This document shows positions 27,871 through 37,394 of a stretch of 64,000 nt of DNA, in pieces. The notes below the pieces were generated by a model. It was given only the letters and a program-made list of their open reading frames with translations. It was not told where the DNA came from and did no database searches. The stretch is from Candidatus Binatia bacterium (GTDB taxonomy: Bacteria; Desulfobacterota; Binatia; UBA9968; JAJDTQ01). The stretch lies in contig OY762897.2 of assembly GCA_963666515.2 (NCBI GenBank), positions 1,344,001-1,408,000 on the forward strand, read 5' to 3'. How positions within the stretch are numbered: position 1 is the stretch's first letter; each line of letters starts with the position of its first letter. The position numbers and the translations under genes are program-made.

Positions 27871-28785
27871 CTATCGTCCAACCGCGTTGAGAATGGCTTG
27901 GGCCACCACCTCGGCGGCGAGGATGCCGAGGGCGTTGAGGTCGGCGCGGCCTTTGCCGGTGGAGAGGGTGAACAAGGTGTCGCCGTCGTGGAGGGTGTGG
28001 GAGGGGCGGATGGCGCGGGCGATGCCGTCATGGGCCATGGAGGCCACGGTGTTGGCTTCCGCGGATGACAGGGCGGCGTTGGTGGCGACGACGCCGATGG
28101 TGGTGTTGGTCCCGGGCATCGTTGCCGTGCGTCCCTGGCGTGACTTCGGCGCCGCGCCGCCCCTGCGGCCGGATATCTCGTCACGGGCGCCGGCGATGAC
28201 CTCGCCCGAAGCGGGATCGACGACGCTGCCGACGGCGTTGACGACTACGAGGGCGCCCACGGTGACGCCGTTGTCGAGCTTCGCGCAGGCCGAGCCGATG
28301 CCGCCGTCGGCGGGGCGCAGGCCCGGAGCCTTGCCCACGGTGGCGCCGCTCCCGGCGCCGAGCCGTCCCGTGGGGACGGCCGCATCCGTGGCCGCCTTGC
28401 AGGCGCGATAGCCCATGGCCTTGTCGGGGCGGACCCGCGGATCCCCGACGCGCAGGTCATAGATCACAGCGGCCGGGACGATGGGGACCACGCCATGAGG
28501 GGTGGAGTATCCGGCGCCGCGCTCCTCGAGAAACCGCATGACGCCGGCCGCGGCGTCCAGCCCGAAGGCGCTTCCGCCGGTCAGCAGGACGCCGTGGACC
28601 TGTCCCACCAGCCGTCCCGGCCGGATGGCGTCGGTCTCCCGCGTGCCGGGCGCGAAGCCGCGCACGTCCACGCCGGCCGCCGCCCCGTCCGGGCAAAGGA
28701 CCACGGTGCAGCCGGTGCGCGCCCGGAGGTTGGAGGCGTGCCCCACCTGAATGCCTTTCACCGCGGTAATCGTCCGGTTCTTCAT
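27871..28785 (-). CDS. P1/S58-family peptidase (DmpA-like L-aminopeptidase/D-esterase)
   Basis: GIQVGH, TGCTVVL, APGTRETD, LTGGSAFGL, NTTIGVVATN, AIRPSHTLHDGDTLF. Confidence 0.92.
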   Translation of the reverse strand: MKNRTITAVKGIQVGHASNLRARTGCTVVLCPDGAAAGVDVRGFAPGTRETDAIRPGRLVGQVHGVLLTGGSAFGLDAAAGVMRFLEERGAGYSTPHGVVPIVPAAVIYDLRVGDPRVRPDKAMGYRACKAATDAAVPTGRLGAGSGATVGKAPGLRPADGGIGSACAKLDNGVTVGALVVVNAVGSVVDPASGEVIAGARDEISGRRGGAAPKSRQGRTATMPGTNTTIGVVATNAALSSAEANTVASMAHDGIARAIRPSHTLHDGDTLFTLSTGKGRADLNALGILAAEVVAQAILNAVGR

Positions 28786-28825
28786 TTCTGTCGCTTTCTT
28801 CCCGCGTAGGCTATAGCCTGTTCCC

Positions 28826-30058
28826 ATGAGCAACGAAAACCCTCCGGTGCGTCCCCAGCTTCGCTACGTCGATGTCTTCCCGGTTCCTGCGGAGGAGGGA
28901 AGGCAGGCTTTCGGCATCCGCGACCCACAACATCTGAGCGACAAGGTCCTGCGCCTGCAGGTCGAGGCCGCCTATGCGCTGCAGTTCTTCGACGGCGAGC
29001 ACACCCTGCCGGATATCCAGGCGGCCTACCGGGAGAAATACAAGATCGAGTTCCCGCTGGAACTGCTGGAACAGCTCTGCCAGGTGCTGGACGAAGGCTG
29101 CTTTCTGGAGGGCGACAACTTCGAGCGCCACTACCGGCGGTTGGCGGGTTCGTTCCGCGAGTCCCCGGTCCGCGAGGCATTCCATGCGGGCGTCAGCTAC
29201 GACGCCAACCCCGCGCTTTTGAAGGAGGGCTTGGGGAAACTGTTCGAGACCCCGGCGGGACCGGGGCTGCCGGGCGGACGAAATCCCGATCGGAGGATAC
29301 CCGGCATCGTCGTGCCGCACATCGACCTGCGGCTCGGCGGAGCCGCCTACGCTTGGGCCTACAAGGAACTGGCGGAGGCCGAGCCGCCGGAGGTGTTCGT
29401 CATTCTGGGCACCGGGCACAACGGAACGCTGAACCCCTACGTCCTGACCTCCAAGCGCTTTGCCACGCCGCTGGGGGAGGTCCCGGTGGAGGCCGGGTTT
29501 ATCTCCCGTCTGGAGGGACTCCACGGCGGCGAGCTTTTCGCGGACGAGCTGGCCCACCGTTCCGAGCACACCATCGAGTTCCAGGTGCTGTTCATCCAGC
29601 AGTTGTTCGGCGACGCGATACCCATCGTGCCGGTGCTGTGCTCCTTCTCGTACGCGGCGCCGGGGAGGAGTCCCGCGGGGGAGTCCATCGAACGGTTCAC
29701 GGAGGCGTTGCGGACGATGATCGCCGAAGACGGCCGCCGAGTCTGCCTTATCGCCAGCGCCGACCTGGCCCACATGGGGCCGCGTTACGGTGACGCCGAC
29801 GGTATCGAGGGGGAAGAGCTGGAGGCGGTCAAGCGGTGCGACCGGGAGATGCTGCGGCACGTGGAAGACGTGGATGCGGAGGGATTTCGCGATTACCTGG
29901 CGCGGGAGAACGACCGGCGGCGGATCTGCGGCTTCTCGCCCATCTACACCATGCTCAAGTCCATGCAGGCGGAACGGGGGCGGCTGGTCGCCCACGACCA
30001 TGGCGAGATGGACCCCATCGGCTCCATCTGCAGCTTCGCCAGCGTCGTTTTCGATTGA
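28826..30058 (+). CDS. MEMO1-family protein (AmmeMemoRadiSam protein B) with N-terminal extension
   Basis: HAGVSY, VPHID..GG..YA, ILGTGH, HRSEHTIEFQ, ASADLAHMGPRYGD, ICG. Confidence 0.9.
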   Translation: MSNENPPVRPQLRYVDVFPVPAEEGRQAFGIRDPQHLSDKVLRLQVEAAYALQFFDGEHTLPDIQAAYREKYKIEFPLELLEQLCQVLDEGCFLEGDNFERHYRRLAGSFRESPVREAFHAGVSYDANPALLKEGLGKLFETPAGPGLPGGRNPDRRIPGIVVPHIDLRLGGAAYAWAYKELAEAEPPEVFVILGTGHNGTLNPYVLTSKRFATPLGEVPVEAGFISRLEGLHGGELFADELAHRSEHTIEFQVLFIQQLFGDAIPIVPVLCSFSYAAPGRSPAGESIERFTEALRTMIAEDGRRVCLIASADLAHMGPRYGDADGIEGEELEAVKRCDREMLRHVEDVDAEGFRDYLARENDRRRICGFSPIYTMLKSMQAERGRLVAHDHGEMDPIGSICSFASVVFD

Positions 30059-30127
30059 GAGGCTTGGCGGCGCCTCCTCGGAAGACGCCTGCGGAACCGG
30101 CGCCGGGGAACGCTGCCGTGCGGCGCG

Positions 30128-30343
30128 TTACGACTCGGGGAAAAGCCTCTTTCCGTCGTCGTCCTCCACCGTGATGGCCTTGGTGGGACAGATCCTGGCG
30201 GCCAGGACCACCTTCTCCGACGTGTCGCCGTTCGCATCCGCGACTTCCGCGATGAATCGTTCGTTCATCTTGAAGACGTTGGGCGCCGCCTGCACGCATT
30301 TCTCGTGTCCGTCGCATTTCGTGGTGTCGACCGTAATGTTCAT
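30128..30343 (-). CDS. Single-cluster ferredoxin (probably [3Fe-4S])
   Basis: MNITVDTTKCDGHEKCVQAAPNVF...ICPTKAI (CxxHxxC...CP); GGGAGG RBS. Confidence 0.9.
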   Translation of the reverse strand: MNITVDTTKCDGHEKCVQAAPNVFKMNERFIAEVADANGDTSEKVVLAARICPTKAITVEDDDGKRLFPES

Positions 30344-30472
30344 GGTGCCCCTCCCAAGGCAAGGAATCTCCCTTCTATAGCCGAGTCGATGGCGGCACGC
30401 CACCGCCCCTTTCAACCGGCCGGCAATTCGGTATTGCAGTGCCGGAAGCGCCTGCTATATATTGGACGCCGC

Positions 30473-32296
30473 ATGAGGATCCACCGTTACACGTCCTGGG
30501 ACGGCTCCCAGGAGGTCCGTTTTCCCACCGCCAACGATCTGCTGAAGCAGCTTTCGGACACCTTTCTGGAGGAGGAGGGCGTGCGCCGCGCGCTGCGGAG
30601 CCTGATGCGCCGGGGGTTCGAGTCCGAGGACGGCATGCGCTCGGTGCAGGGGCTGCGGGACCTGCTGCAGCAGGCCGAGGAGAAGAAGCAGGACATCCTC
30701 AACAAGTACTCGCCCGATTCCTTCAAGCTCTCGCCCGAGGAGAGCGAGGCCCTGAGCCAAAAGCTGAACGAGCTGGCGGAGAAGCTGGAAGCGTATCACG
30801 AGCAGATGCGCAACTTCATGGAGCGGCTGTCCGGCCGGTACGCCAACAACATGGACGAGCTGGCCGAACGGATGCGCCAGGCCCAGGAGCGTTACCAGCA
30901 GCTCAAGGAGCGGCTGGGAGAGCAGATCAGCCAGCGCTCCATGAACCAGCCGCAGAACCTGACCGGGCCGGGGGCGCCGGACCTCTCCCAGATGCTGGAG
31001 CGGCTGAGCCGCCTGCTGGAGGACGACGATTTCCTCAAGAACCTGCCCAACATGCTGGACGCCGCGGTGGAGGACCTGGACAACCTGCTGGAGAACCTCG
31101 ATTCGCTGAGCCAGCAGGAGCTTCAGCGCCTGAGCGACGCCATGTCCCAGATGGAGCAGCTAGAGCAGCTCCTGAACCAGTATCCCTTCCAGGGAAGCCA
31201 GCGCATGGGCATGGGGGAGGCCGGTCAGGTGCTGGGGCAGCTACGAGGCCTGGAGCAGTTCCTGCGCTGGGGCCGGCGGGGGCTGGGCGACGTCGCCGAC
31301 CTCGACCTGGAGGCCATGCGCGAGTTGCTGGGCGAGGAGGCCTATGAGCAGCTCAATTACCTCCAGGGTGTCGAGCAGATGATGGTGGACGCGGGCTACC
31401 TGGTGCGCACGGGAAGCGGGCTCCGGCTCAGCCCCAAGGGCATGCGCCAGCTCGGCGACAAGGCCCTGAAAGAGATCTTCCAGCTCATGAACAAGAACCG
31501 CTGGGGCCAGCACGCCAGCGCCAAGATCGGCAACCAGGGCATGCGGCTGGAGGACACCCAGGCCTACGAGTACGGCAACCCCCTCAACATCGACATCCGC
31601 AAGACCCTCCTGAACTCCCTGGAAGAAGGGCGGACCGGAGTCCCCGTCCGCATCGAGCCCAGGGACTTCCAGGTGTACCAGCACGAGTTCTCCACCGACA
31701 CCGAGACCGTGCTGCTGATCGACGTCAGCTACTCCATGCTGATGAACGACGCGCTGCACGCCGGCAAGAAGGTGGCGCTGGCGCTGAACCGGCTGATCGA
31801 GACCAAGTTCCCCCAGGACGTGCTTCATCTTGTGGCGTTCCGCTCCAACGCCAAGATCATCCGCACCGAAGACCTGCCCTCCATCGTCGCCATCACCTAC
31901 TTCATGGAGCACGGCACCGACATCAAGGAGGCGTTGAGGTTTTCGCGGCAACTGCTCGGAAACAATAGGGCCACGAACCGCCAGATCATCCTCATCACCG
32001 ACGGCGAGCCGACCGCCTGCAACGTCGACCGGGGCGGGCGCCTCCACAGCGGCTGGGGCTCGGCCCTGCTCCACGAGCGCATCGTCCGGGAGACCCTCAA
32101 GGAAGTGCGGCGCTGCACCCAGAGCGGCATCCGCATCAACACCTTCATGCTGGGCATGGACTACTACCGCATGGGCTTCGTGGACCGCCTCACCCGCATG
32201 AACACCGGCCGCGTCTTCTACACCTCTCCCGACGAGATCGGCAACTACATCGTCGTCGACTACCTCGCCAACAAGCGCAAGCGCCTGCGGCGCTGA
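30473..32296 (+). CDS. VWA-domain protein with long coiled-coil N-terminal half
   Basis: RYTSWDGSQ N-terminus, MIDAS LIDVSYSM, HGTD, ILITDGEPT. Confidence 0.88.
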   Translation: MRIHRYTSWDGSQEVRFPTANDLLKQLSDTFLEEEGVRRALRSLMRRGFESEDGMRSVQGLRDLLQQAEEKKQDILNKYSPDSFKLSPEESEALSQKLNELAEKLEAYHEQMRNFMERLSGRYANNMDELAERMRQAQERYQQLKERLGEQISQRSMNQPQNLTGPGAPDLSQMLERLSRLLEDDDFLKNLPNMLDAAVEDLDNLLENLDSLSQQELQRLSDAMSQMEQLEQLLNQYPFQGSQRMGMGEAGQVLGQLRGLEQFLRWGRRGLGDVADLDLEAMRELLGEEAYEQLNYLQGVEQMMVDAGYLVRTGSGLRLSPKGMRQLGDKALKEIFQLMNKNRWGQHASAKIGNQGMRLEDTQAYEYGNPLNIDIRKTLLNSLEEGRTGVPVRIEPRDFQVYQHEFSTDTETVLLIDVSYSMLMNDALHAGKKVALALNRLIETKFPQDVLHLVAFRSNAKIIRTEDLPSIVAITYFMEHGTDIKEALRFSRQLLGNNRATNRQIILITDGEPTACNVDRGGRLHSGWGSALLHERIVRETLKEVRRCTQSGIRINTFMLGMDYYRMGFVDRLTRMNTGRVFYTSPDEIGNYIVVDYLANKRKRLRR

Positions 32297-32335
32297 CTCA
32301 CAATGTGCGCGTATCGCGCGGGAGTGCACGAACAC

Positions 32336-32362
32336 GTCATTCCGGCGAAAGCCGGAATCCAG
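32336..32362 (+). repeat. REP-like palindrome family A variant
   Basis: GTCATTCCGGCGAAAGCCGGAATCCAG between convergent genes. Confidence 0.85.
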
Positions 32363-32384
32363 GGGCGGGGCGGCGCCGGTCCAG

Positions 32385-33557
32385 TTACTCCGTGACGAGC
32401 GCCAGCACTCCCGTGTAGGTGAGCAGGTGGTTGCCGCCCCCCATGGGGCCGATCTCGTAGTTGCCGAAGAAGCCGATGACCGGCACGCCGGCCAGGGCCT
32501 GCTTGATGTAGGCGGTATCGATGCCGGGTACGCCGTAGAGGCCGCTGCCGCGGGCGCAGCAGTTGAAGTAGAGGCCCAGCCGGGGCTTCCTGCCTTCGAG
32601 CCGGGCCGCCTGCCGCTCCAGCATCTGCCCGAGGTCATCCCGTGCCCGCTGCCCGTCGCGCAGGGTGAAGATCAGCGGTTGCCCGGCTTCCACGGGTTGA
32701 GCCACCGCGAGAATGCCGCGCTGCGCGTCCAGGCCGATGATGTTGCGGACGAGATACTGCCCGGGCTCGATCTCGCTCTGACGCGGGTCCGGCGGCAGCC
32801 CCACGAACACGAACGCGAGCGCGCGGCGCAGGTCCTGCTGGAACGGTTTGCCGATGAGATCGACGAACACCTCGAAAGCCGGGCGGTCGTTGATCTCGAA
32901 GATCAGGTTCTCGTGCGCCTTGGTGATGACCATGGGCTCGCCCACCGGCTGGCAGCCCTGGGTCAGCTCGATGGCGGTGGTGCAGGCGCCCGACAGCGCG
33001 AACCCGACCGCGCTGTTGCCGGTCACACGATCCTCGTAGAACTGGTAGGTGCGGCCGTGGCTGCCGTTCTCGGACGCGCCCGCGCCGACCACCGGCCCGG
33101 CGTGGCCCGCCGTCGCCATGCCATCCAGAATGGCGTCGGGGCGGCTCCGGTAGCCGTCGGCCAGGAGCACGGTCAGGGAAGGGGAGTCCGCACCCACGGC
33201 GTTGGCGATGTCCTGTCCCGCGGCGGCGTCGTTTCCCTTGAGCGAGTCGCGGATGAAGGGGCGCGCCCGCACCGCGTCGGAAGCCAGCGCCATGACGGCG
33301 ACGCCGGACTCCCCCTCGATCTCGCCGCCGTCCGTCAGGATCCCCAGGCCGCTGCAGCCCACGGTGTTGCGGGTGCCGGTGATCCCCTGAAGCGTGACCA
33401 GTTCTTCCTCCAGGGCGCCGACGTGGTCGACCGTGGCGTAGATCACCACCAGGTCGGCGCCGCCGTCCGGCAGACCTTCCATGGCGCTCCGCGCCGCGGC
33501 CTCGACCGCCGCCCGCGTGTCCGCCAGCGATGACTGTCCGACTCCGGCCTTCAGCAT
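32385..33557 (-). CDS. FIST-domain (FIST_N + FIST_C) protein
   Basis: VGCSGLG, VVGAGAS, TQGCQPVG, LVRNIIG, YFNCCARG, GFFGNYEIGP. Confidence 0.9.
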   Translation of the reverse strand: MLKAGVGQSSLADTRAAVEAAARSAMEGLPDGGADLVVIYATVDHVGALEEELVTLQGITGTRNTVGCSGLGILTDGGEIEGESGVAVMALASDAVRARPFIRDSLKGNDAAAGQDIANAVGADSPSLTVLLADGYRSRPDAILDGMATAGHAGPVVGAGASENGSHGRTYQFYEDRVTGNSAVGFALSGACTTAIELTQGCQPVGEPMVITKAHENLIFEINDRPAFEVFVDLIGKPFQQDLRRALAFVFVGLPPDPRQSEIEPGQYLVRNIIGLDAQRGILAVAQPVEAGQPLIFTLRDGQRARDDLGQMLERQAARLEGRKPRLGLYFNCCARGSGLYGVPGIDTAYIKQALAGVPVIGFFGNYEIGPMGGGNHLLTYTGVLALVTE

Positions 33558-33712
33558 GGCTTCAGGGTATGCAACACCGCGCCGCAGGTCAATCAAGTCG
33601 TGCGCGTTGCCCCCATGCGATCGGTCTTCGATTTCCTGGATGGGCTCTCTCATGGGCGGCGCCAGGTTCCCGACTATGGTCCGGGCCACCCGAGTTTGCT
33701 ATAAAGGGCCGC

Positions 33713-34483
33713 ATGAGAATCGTTCAGATACCCCTGCTAAGAGACAATTACGGTTACCTTCTGGTCTGCGAGAAGACCAACCAGGCGAGCATCGTGGACC
33801 CGTCCGAGGGCGAACCCGTCTGGCGTACGGTGCAGGAGGAGGGGGTCGAGCTGGTCGCGATCCTCAACACCCACCACCACCGGGATCACACCGGCGGGAA
33901 CGAGTACCTCCTCCAGCACAAGCCGGACCTGAAGGTGTTCGGCGCCAAGGTGGACGAGCACCGCATCCCAGGCATCACGCATCGGCTCATGGAGGGGGAC
34001 GACGTCGAGGTCGGGGAAGAGTGCGGCAGCGTGCTGTTCATTCCCGGCCATACCATCGGGCACCTCGGCTTCGTGTTCCCCGGAACGCTGTTCAGCGGAG
34101 ACGCCCTGTTCGCCGGCGGTTGCGGCCGGGTCTTCGAGGGAACCGCCGCGCAGATGACCTCGTCCCTGGACAAGCTCCGCGACCTCTCCGGCGACATCTT
34201 GGTCTACTGCGGCCACGAGTACACCGAGAAGAACCTCCAGTTCGCGCTGACGGTGGAACCGGGCAACGAGGATATCCGCCAGCGGCTGGAGGCGGTGCAG
34301 GCGCTCAGGGCCAAGGACCAGTTCACGGTGCCCTCCCGCCTGGACGACGAGCTCGCGACCAATCCGTTCCTCCGCTGTGAAAGCGACGAGATCAAACACG
34401 GCATGGCCGAGCGCTTCCCGGGGATCGAGACGGACCCGGTTTCCGTGTTCGCCAAAGTCCGGGAACTCAAGGACGCCTATTAG
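33713..34483 (+). CDS. gloB: Hydroxyacylglutathione hydrolase (glyoxalase II)
   Basis: DNYGYL, THHHRDHTGG, PGHTIGH, FSGDALFAGGCGRVFEG, CGHEYT, ELATNPFLR. Confidence 0.95.
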   Translation: MRIVQIPLLRDNYGYLLVCEKTNQASIVDPSEGEPVWRTVQEEGVELVAILNTHHHRDHTGGNEYLLQHKPDLKVFGAKVDEHRIPGITHRLMEGDDVEVGEECGSVLFIPGHTIGHLGFVFPGTLFSGDALFAGGCGRVFEGTAAQMTSSLDKLRDLSGDILVYCGHEYTEKNLQFALTVEPGNEDIRQRLEAVQALRAKDQFTVPSRLDDELATNPFLRCESDEIKHGMAERFPGIETDPVSVFAKVRELKDAY

Positions 34484-34514
34484 GCCCTTTGCGCACCGGC
34501 ACGAATCCCCAACC

Positions 34515-34542
34515 GTCATCCCGGGCTTGACCCGGGATCCAG
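34515..34542 (+). repeat. REP-like palindrome family A
   Basis: GTCATCCCGGGCTTGACCCGGGATCCAG, with compensatory stem changes relative to the 5590 copy. Confidence 0.85.
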
Positions 34543-34601
34543 AAGCACGACCCACGCTGTCCGCAACGTTCTCGACACGCGGCACGCCCTGGAGGTATTT
34601 G

Positions 34602-35468
34602 ATGCGGTTTGCGACCCTTAAGGACGGCACCGTGGCCGCGGTCACGCCGGAAGACGGGATGGTCTCTCTGGACGGCGTCTGCGGCTCGATGATCGAACTG
34701 GCGGCCTCGTATGAAACGAGCCGCGAAGCCATCGAACGCGCCGTCTCGGAGACGACCCCGACGGCCCTCGATGCCGCGCAACTGGCGGCCCCGGTGCCCG
34801 CCCCCTCGAAGATATGGGCGGCCGCCGGCAACTACAAGCGCGGGAGCGCGAACCTGGCCAGTGCCGGAGGGCGGGGCGAGGCCCGGGAGAGACCGCCGGA
34901 CGAGTTGCTGGAACACATCTTCCTCAAGCCGCCGTCCGCGGTCGTCGGCCCGGGCAAGGACATCCTCATCCCGGCCGACGCCGAGACCATCTTCCCGGAG
35001 CTGGAGCTGTGCGTCGTCATCGGCAGGGAGAGCCGGGACTTGTCGGTGGACGAGGCCCTGGACGCCGTGTTCGGTTACAGCGTCATCCTCGACGTCACCG
35101 CGCGGGGATACGGATCAGGCAAGAACCTCATGGGCACCCGCTGCGTGCGCAAGGGCTTCGACACTTTCGCGCCCGTGGGTCCCTGGATCGTCACCCGGGA
35201 CGAGATAGCCGATCCGCAGGCCCTGGAGATGCGCTTGTGGGTGAACGACGACCTGCGGCAGTCCGCCAGCACCGCCGGCATGATCAACGGCGTGGCACGG
35301 CTGGTGAGCTACCTCTCCCAGGTGGGCACCCTGATGCCGGGCGACCTCATCGCCAGCGGCAACCCGGACTCGCCGGAGTTCCAGCAACAACTGGCGGCGG
35401 GCGACGAACTGGTAGCGGAGATCGAGGGGATAGGGCGGCTCCGGCTGGGCGTCGCGCGCGCCGGTTAG
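34602..35468 (+). CDS. Fumarylacetoacetate hydrolase family protein
   Basis: FLKPPSAV, PELELCVVIG, DVTAR, KGFDTFAPVGPWIVT, TLMPGDLIASG. Confidence 0.92.
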   Translation: MRFATLKDGTVAAVTPEDGMVSLDGVCGSMIELAASYETSREAIERAVSETTPTALDAAQLAAPVPAPSKIWAAAGNYKRGSANLASAGGRGEARERPPDELLEHIFLKPPSAVVGPGKDILIPADAETIFPELELCVVIGRESRDLSVDEALDAVFGYSVILDVTARGYGSGKNLMGTRCVRKGFDTFAPVGPWIVTRDEIADPQALEMRLWVNDDLRQSASTAGMINGVARLVSYLSQVGTLMPGDLIASGNPDSPEFQQQLAAGDELVAEIEGIGRLRLGVARAG

Positions 35469-35515
35469 CCGGCGAGGTGTCCGGGCGGGTCGGGACCGAC
35501 CGAGGAGAGGAGCGC

Positions 35516-35995
35516 ATGGCCGAGGAGTTGCCCTTCCAGGATCAAGGCGCGACCACCCTGTGCTACGGGTGCGGTCCGGCCAACGAGCAGGGGCTCCAGA
35601 TCAAGAGCCGCTGGGACGGCGACGACGCGGTCGGCACGTGGACGGCGGAGCCGCACCACTGCGGCGGCACCCGCGAGGTGGTGAACGGCGGCGTCATCGC
35701 CACCTTGCTCGACTGCCACAGCATGAACCTCGCCATCGCCCGCGCCTACCGGGACGAGCAGCGGCCCATCGGCAGCGCGCCGCGGGTATTCTTCGTCACG
35801 GCCAACATGAACATCGACTACCGGCGGCCGACGCCGCTGGGAAAACCCCTGGAACTGCGCGCCTCCATCCGCAGGGTGCAAGGGAGGAAGACCTTCCTCA
35901 CCTGCACCCTGAGCTGCGAGCAGCAGGTTTGCGCCGAAGCCGACGTGCTGGCCATCCGCATCCACCGCGACGAGTCCGTCGAGCCTACCCGTTAG
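35516..35995 (+). CDS. PaaI/hotdog-fold thioesterase
   Basis: MAEELPFQD, CYGCGPANEQGL, VVNGGVIATLLD, YRRPTPLG; GAGGAG RBS. Confidence 0.88.
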   Translation: MAEELPFQDQGATTLCYGCGPANEQGLQIKSRWDGDDAVGTWTAEPHHCGGTREVVNGGVIATLLDCHSMNLAIARAYRDEQRPIGSAPRVFFVTANMNIDYRRPTPLGKPLELRASIRRVQGRKTFLTCTLSCEQQVCAEADVLAIRIHRDESVEPTR

Positions 35996-36675
35996 CGAGT
36001 CCGCATGTGCGACCACAACGACAGCACGAGATAATAGGCGGGGAAGAACAGCGACACCACGGCCAAGCCATATGACGGGTCCGGCAGGAAGTAAATCACG
36101 ACGAAGCACAACACTCCCCAAATCACCCCCAGGGTGATGGTGAGGCTCTGGAGAAGGGTGTTGCGGCTCGGATACAGATAGCGGATGGGCACGAACACCA
36201 TCACCGACAACGCGATCACCAGGACCCCGTTGAACCAAGGGCTCGACTCCAGCACGAAGCAGTAGAACGCCACCACGTTCCAGTACGAGGGAAACCCCAG
36301 GAAGTGGTGGTCGGGAGTCTTGGCGTTGGTCTGCGAGAAGCCGTAGGCGCTGGCCAGGAGCGGCAGGCAGACCATCCACCATCCGTGACCGGCCGGCAGA
36401 AGATCGGCCCAGAGCAGCAGAAAACACGGAACGAAGACGTAGTTGAGGTAGTCGACGATGTCGTCCAGGCGGGCGCCGTCCACCCCGGGGATCAGCTCCT
36501 TCACCCTCGCGGCTCGGGCGAAGGTCCCGTCCGTGGCGTCGAGAATCAGCGCCACCCCCATGAGCGCCAGCGCCTCCCGGTAGCGGCCCCCGGCGATCAG
36601 CGCCAGGGTAAACACCGCCACCGCCGCCCCAAGGGCGGTGTAGAGGTGCACCAGCCAAGCAAGCAGCAGTCGCAA
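35992..36675 (-). CDS. pcs: Phosphatidylcholine synthase-like CDP-alcohol phosphatidyltransferase; start uncertain
   Basis: AWLVHLYTALG, DATDGTFARAARVKE..P..DGARLDDIVDYLNYVFVP, KTPDHHFLGFPSYWNVV. Confidence 0.8.
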   Translation of the reverse strand: MRLLLAWLVHLYTALGAAVAVFTLALIAGGRYREALALMGVALILDATDGTFARAARVKELIPGVDGARLDDIVDYLNYVFVPCFLLLWADLLPAGHGWWMVCLPLLASAYGFSQTNAKTPDHHFLGFPSYWNVVAFYCFVLESSPWFNGVLVIALSVMVFVPIRYLYPSRNTLLQSLTITLGVIWGVLCFVVIYFLPDPSYGLAVVSLFFPAYYLVLSLWSHMRTR

Positions 36676-36704
36676 TTTAGCGGACGGATTTCGGTGATCG
36701 GGCG

Positions 36705-37307
36705 TCAGTTTTGTGTGGCGGCGTAGCTGGCACGGGTGCGCAGCCGTTCGATCCAGCCGGACACGTTTTTGAGATCCGGGTCCAGGGGCACGTTGAAACG
36801 TTCCAGCAGGGCGATGTTGGGCATGTAGGCGATGTCCGCGAGGCTGAACGAGCCTGCCAAGTACTCCCTTCCCTGCAACTGTCTCTCGATCACCGTGAAG
36901 GCGGAGCCGATGTTCGCGCAAGTCTCGCGGATGAGCGCCACGTCGCGCTCCTCTTCCGGCTTCCGGTACTCGTGGATCAACGTGACGAAGTGGGGATTGA
37001 CGTGGTTGTCCCGAAAATCCTCCATCAGGCGGGCACGGGCGCGATTTTCCGAGTCACCGGGCAACAGCGGCGGATGCGGGTATTCGTCCTCCAGGTACTC
37101 GTTGATGACGGTGGAGTCGTAAACGATGAAGCCGTCGTCATCCAGGGCTGGCACTTGGCCGAAGGGATGGATCTTCAGGTACTCGGGGTCCTTCTGCTCC
37201 CGTTTCGTCAGGTCGATCACGACGCTCTCGAATTCCAACCCCTTTTCCAGCAGGGCGATGCGCACCTTCAACGAGTTCGTCGAAGGTGGAAAGTGGTAGA
37301 GTTTCAT
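36705..37307 (-). CDS. Glutathione S-transferase family protein
   Basis: MKLYHF..STNSLKVRIAL.EKG, HPFGQVPAL, DSTVINEYL, FSLADI. Confidence 0.93.
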   Translation of the reverse strand: MKLYHFPPSTNSLKVRIALLEKGLEFESVVIDLTKREQKDPEYLKIHPFGQVPALDDDGFIVYDSTVINEYLEDEYPHPPLLPGDSENRARARLMEDFRDNHVNPHFVTLIHEYRKPEEERDVALIRETCANIGSAFTVIERQLQGREYLAGSFSLADIAYMPNIALLERFNVPLDPDLKNVSGWIERLRTRASYAATQN

Positions 37308-37394
37308 TCGCCCAACCTCCCGATTTTCATATCGCCCAGCCCCTGCCCGGACGATACCACAAACCAGGGGGCAGGACTACCGGACGGGCGGCTT

